From: Gracilinanus agilis
Lineage: Eukaryota
NCBI RefSeq assembly: GCF_016433145.1
Contig: NC_058135.1
Location: 274,826,553 to 274,890,552, forward strand
Reading direction: 5' to 3'
Length of the DNA stretch: 64,000 nt
Shown here: piece by piece, positions 62,421 through 64,000 of the stretch
Position numbering within the stretch: position 1 is the stretch's first letter
Layout: every line of letters begins with the position of its first letter
The notes under the pieces: model-generated
Told to the model about the DNA's origin: nothing
Database searches by the model: none
Seen by the model: only the letters and a program-made list of their open reading frames with translations
Made by a program: the position numbers and the translations under genes

Positions 62421-63479
62421 ATTACTAATATTATCTTATTTGATTTTTCACACAACATAGATGATCAATTCTCTAATAGAAGTACTTGAAACTGAGATAA
62501 TGTTGCCCCCATTGTGGAATCCTCTGATTCTAGTAATATGTGTAATAGATTAAATAAATATATACAAATATATGTACATAATCTCACTATCTATTCATAT
62601 CTAACTTTATCTTTCAATATCAAAATATCTATTTACTATCAGGAAGATGTGGAGTCAAGAGTAGCTTATTGGAATTTAATTTAATTCAAACAGATTTTGG
62701 GCAGTAGTGTCATTGTGTCAATATTAATTCAAACCTTTCATTAACCTTAAAATTAACTATAGCTATTAGACTTCCTTTCCTTATTATTCTTTTAACTTGT
62801 CCTTTTCCCTTTCCTTAAGGGAAAATTTGAATGGATGAATTCTCAATAATTTAATAATTATTGTTTTTATTCTAAACTGGTTTATTTTTAAGATATTTTA
62901 TATTCTTGTGTTCTTATCAAATGGTTTATTTATGCATGTGTCTGTGTTTATTTGCGTAGATACTTGTATGTTCAAATGTACAAATGATAAATATCAATAT
63001 GGATTTTCATTTGGCATGTATTCTTAAGATAGAATACAATTAAAAATGAAGTCCCTTTAGAATAAGAATATATACACTCAAGATTAACTGTATATAGATG
63101 GATGCCTATATGTATATACACATATATATACACACATTTATATTTAGTTAATCTTGTATATCTTACTCTTATGGAATAAATCTTATTGTCTCAGATCCTT
63201 ATTGATAGGGGAAAAAAGTTTGAGTTTTTTAGCTCTGCTTATATATCATCTTCAAATTTTAATGTTTTAAACTCTTTATTCTCAAAGTTAATGTTCCTAA
63301 TATTATCATATCAATGTCATTAATATTGCTATAATGATCAATTCTATATCAAATAATTACAAAATACTCTTTCAATGTATTTCTGTAATTTTAATGGATA
63401 TAACTAATATTTTGTAACTGGAAATTTTGTGAACTCTGTTTAAAGTACATACATTTTATGGTGATATGCATAATTTATT

Positions 63480-63745
63480 CTTCATCAATCTTTACTAAAT
63501 ATTTACAATGTGTAAAATGTTATGTTAAGCAATAAAGAATACAAAGAAAGGTGAAAACATAGTTTCCACCTTCAGAAAGCTCACATTCTTACAGATAAGA
63601 CAAGACACATAAATATTCATATATGCATTTGTAATATACACAGTGAAAGGAAAGGTTATTTCTGAGTGAAGGTACTAACACTGTGTGTATGTGTGTGTGG
63701 GGGGCATAAAAGTCTTGAGCAGAAGATGAATTTGAGATTTATCTT
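63480..63745 (-). mobile_element. L2 3' fragment
   Basis: tttactaaatatttacaatgtg...gaatacaaagaaagg...ccaccttcagaaagctcacattc. Confidence 0.65.
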
Positions 63746-63763
63746 TAAAGAAACCAAGAAGAG

Positions 63764-63968
63764 GGGGCATCTGGGTAGCTCAGTGGATTGAGAGCCAGGC
63801 CTAGAGATGAGAGGTCCTAGGTCAAATATTGCCTCTGATACTTCCCAGCTGTGTGACCCTGGGCAAGTCACTTGGCCCCCATTGCCTAGCCCTTACTGCT
63901 TTTCTGCCTTGGAACCAATACACAGTAATGATTCCAAGATGGAAGGTAAGGGTTTAAAAAAATAAAAA
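63764..63968 (+). mobile_element. SINE1-type SINE, long-tail variant
   Basis: TSD TAAAGAAACCAAGAAGAG (63746-63763) / TAAAGAAAACAAGAAGAG (63969-63986). Confidence 0.96.
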
Positions 63969-64000
63969 TAAAGAAAACAAGAAGAGAAAAGAAATTCCAA

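Noticed and set aside
1-64000. CRISPR arrays, operons or defence systems
   Set aside because: Mammalian DNA; the only regular repeats are microsatellites and dispersed TEs.

Overview
AT-rich marsupial genomic DNA. The SINE1_Mdo-type SINEs, MAR1 and L1-1_MD-type LINEs point to the opossum Monodelphis domestica or a close relative; this species call is an inference from repeat recognition. The window is part of a class II olfactory receptor cluster with four intact, single-coding-exon family-4 OR genes. Three are close paralogs on the minus strand (CDS 5427-6356, 16511-17440, 29910-30824; called OR-A, OR-B, OR-C here) and one is an OR4P4-like gene on the plus strand (60635-61573; OR-D), arranged head-to-head. 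The rest is mostly transposable elements: L1 of several ages, L2, L3/CR1, MIR/MAR1/SINE1, LTRs and hAT MITEs. These include a ~10.6 kb nested stack inside one apparently full-length old L1 (45125-55703). There are three N gaps. I found no rRNA, tRNA, CRISPR array or non-OR host protein gene, and no direct evidence for a wholly new biological system. The most interesting signals are regulatory and were inferred by comparing the paralogs: homologous promoter/5'-exon blocks with O/E-like sites, splice-donor turnover, tiny uORFs centred on the predicted splice junction, an ATF4/ATF5-like overlapping uORF in OR-D, and a candidate Lhx2/Ebf composite site between the divergent genes. All exon structures are predictions, and TE family names come from recall of consensus sequences rather than a database search.
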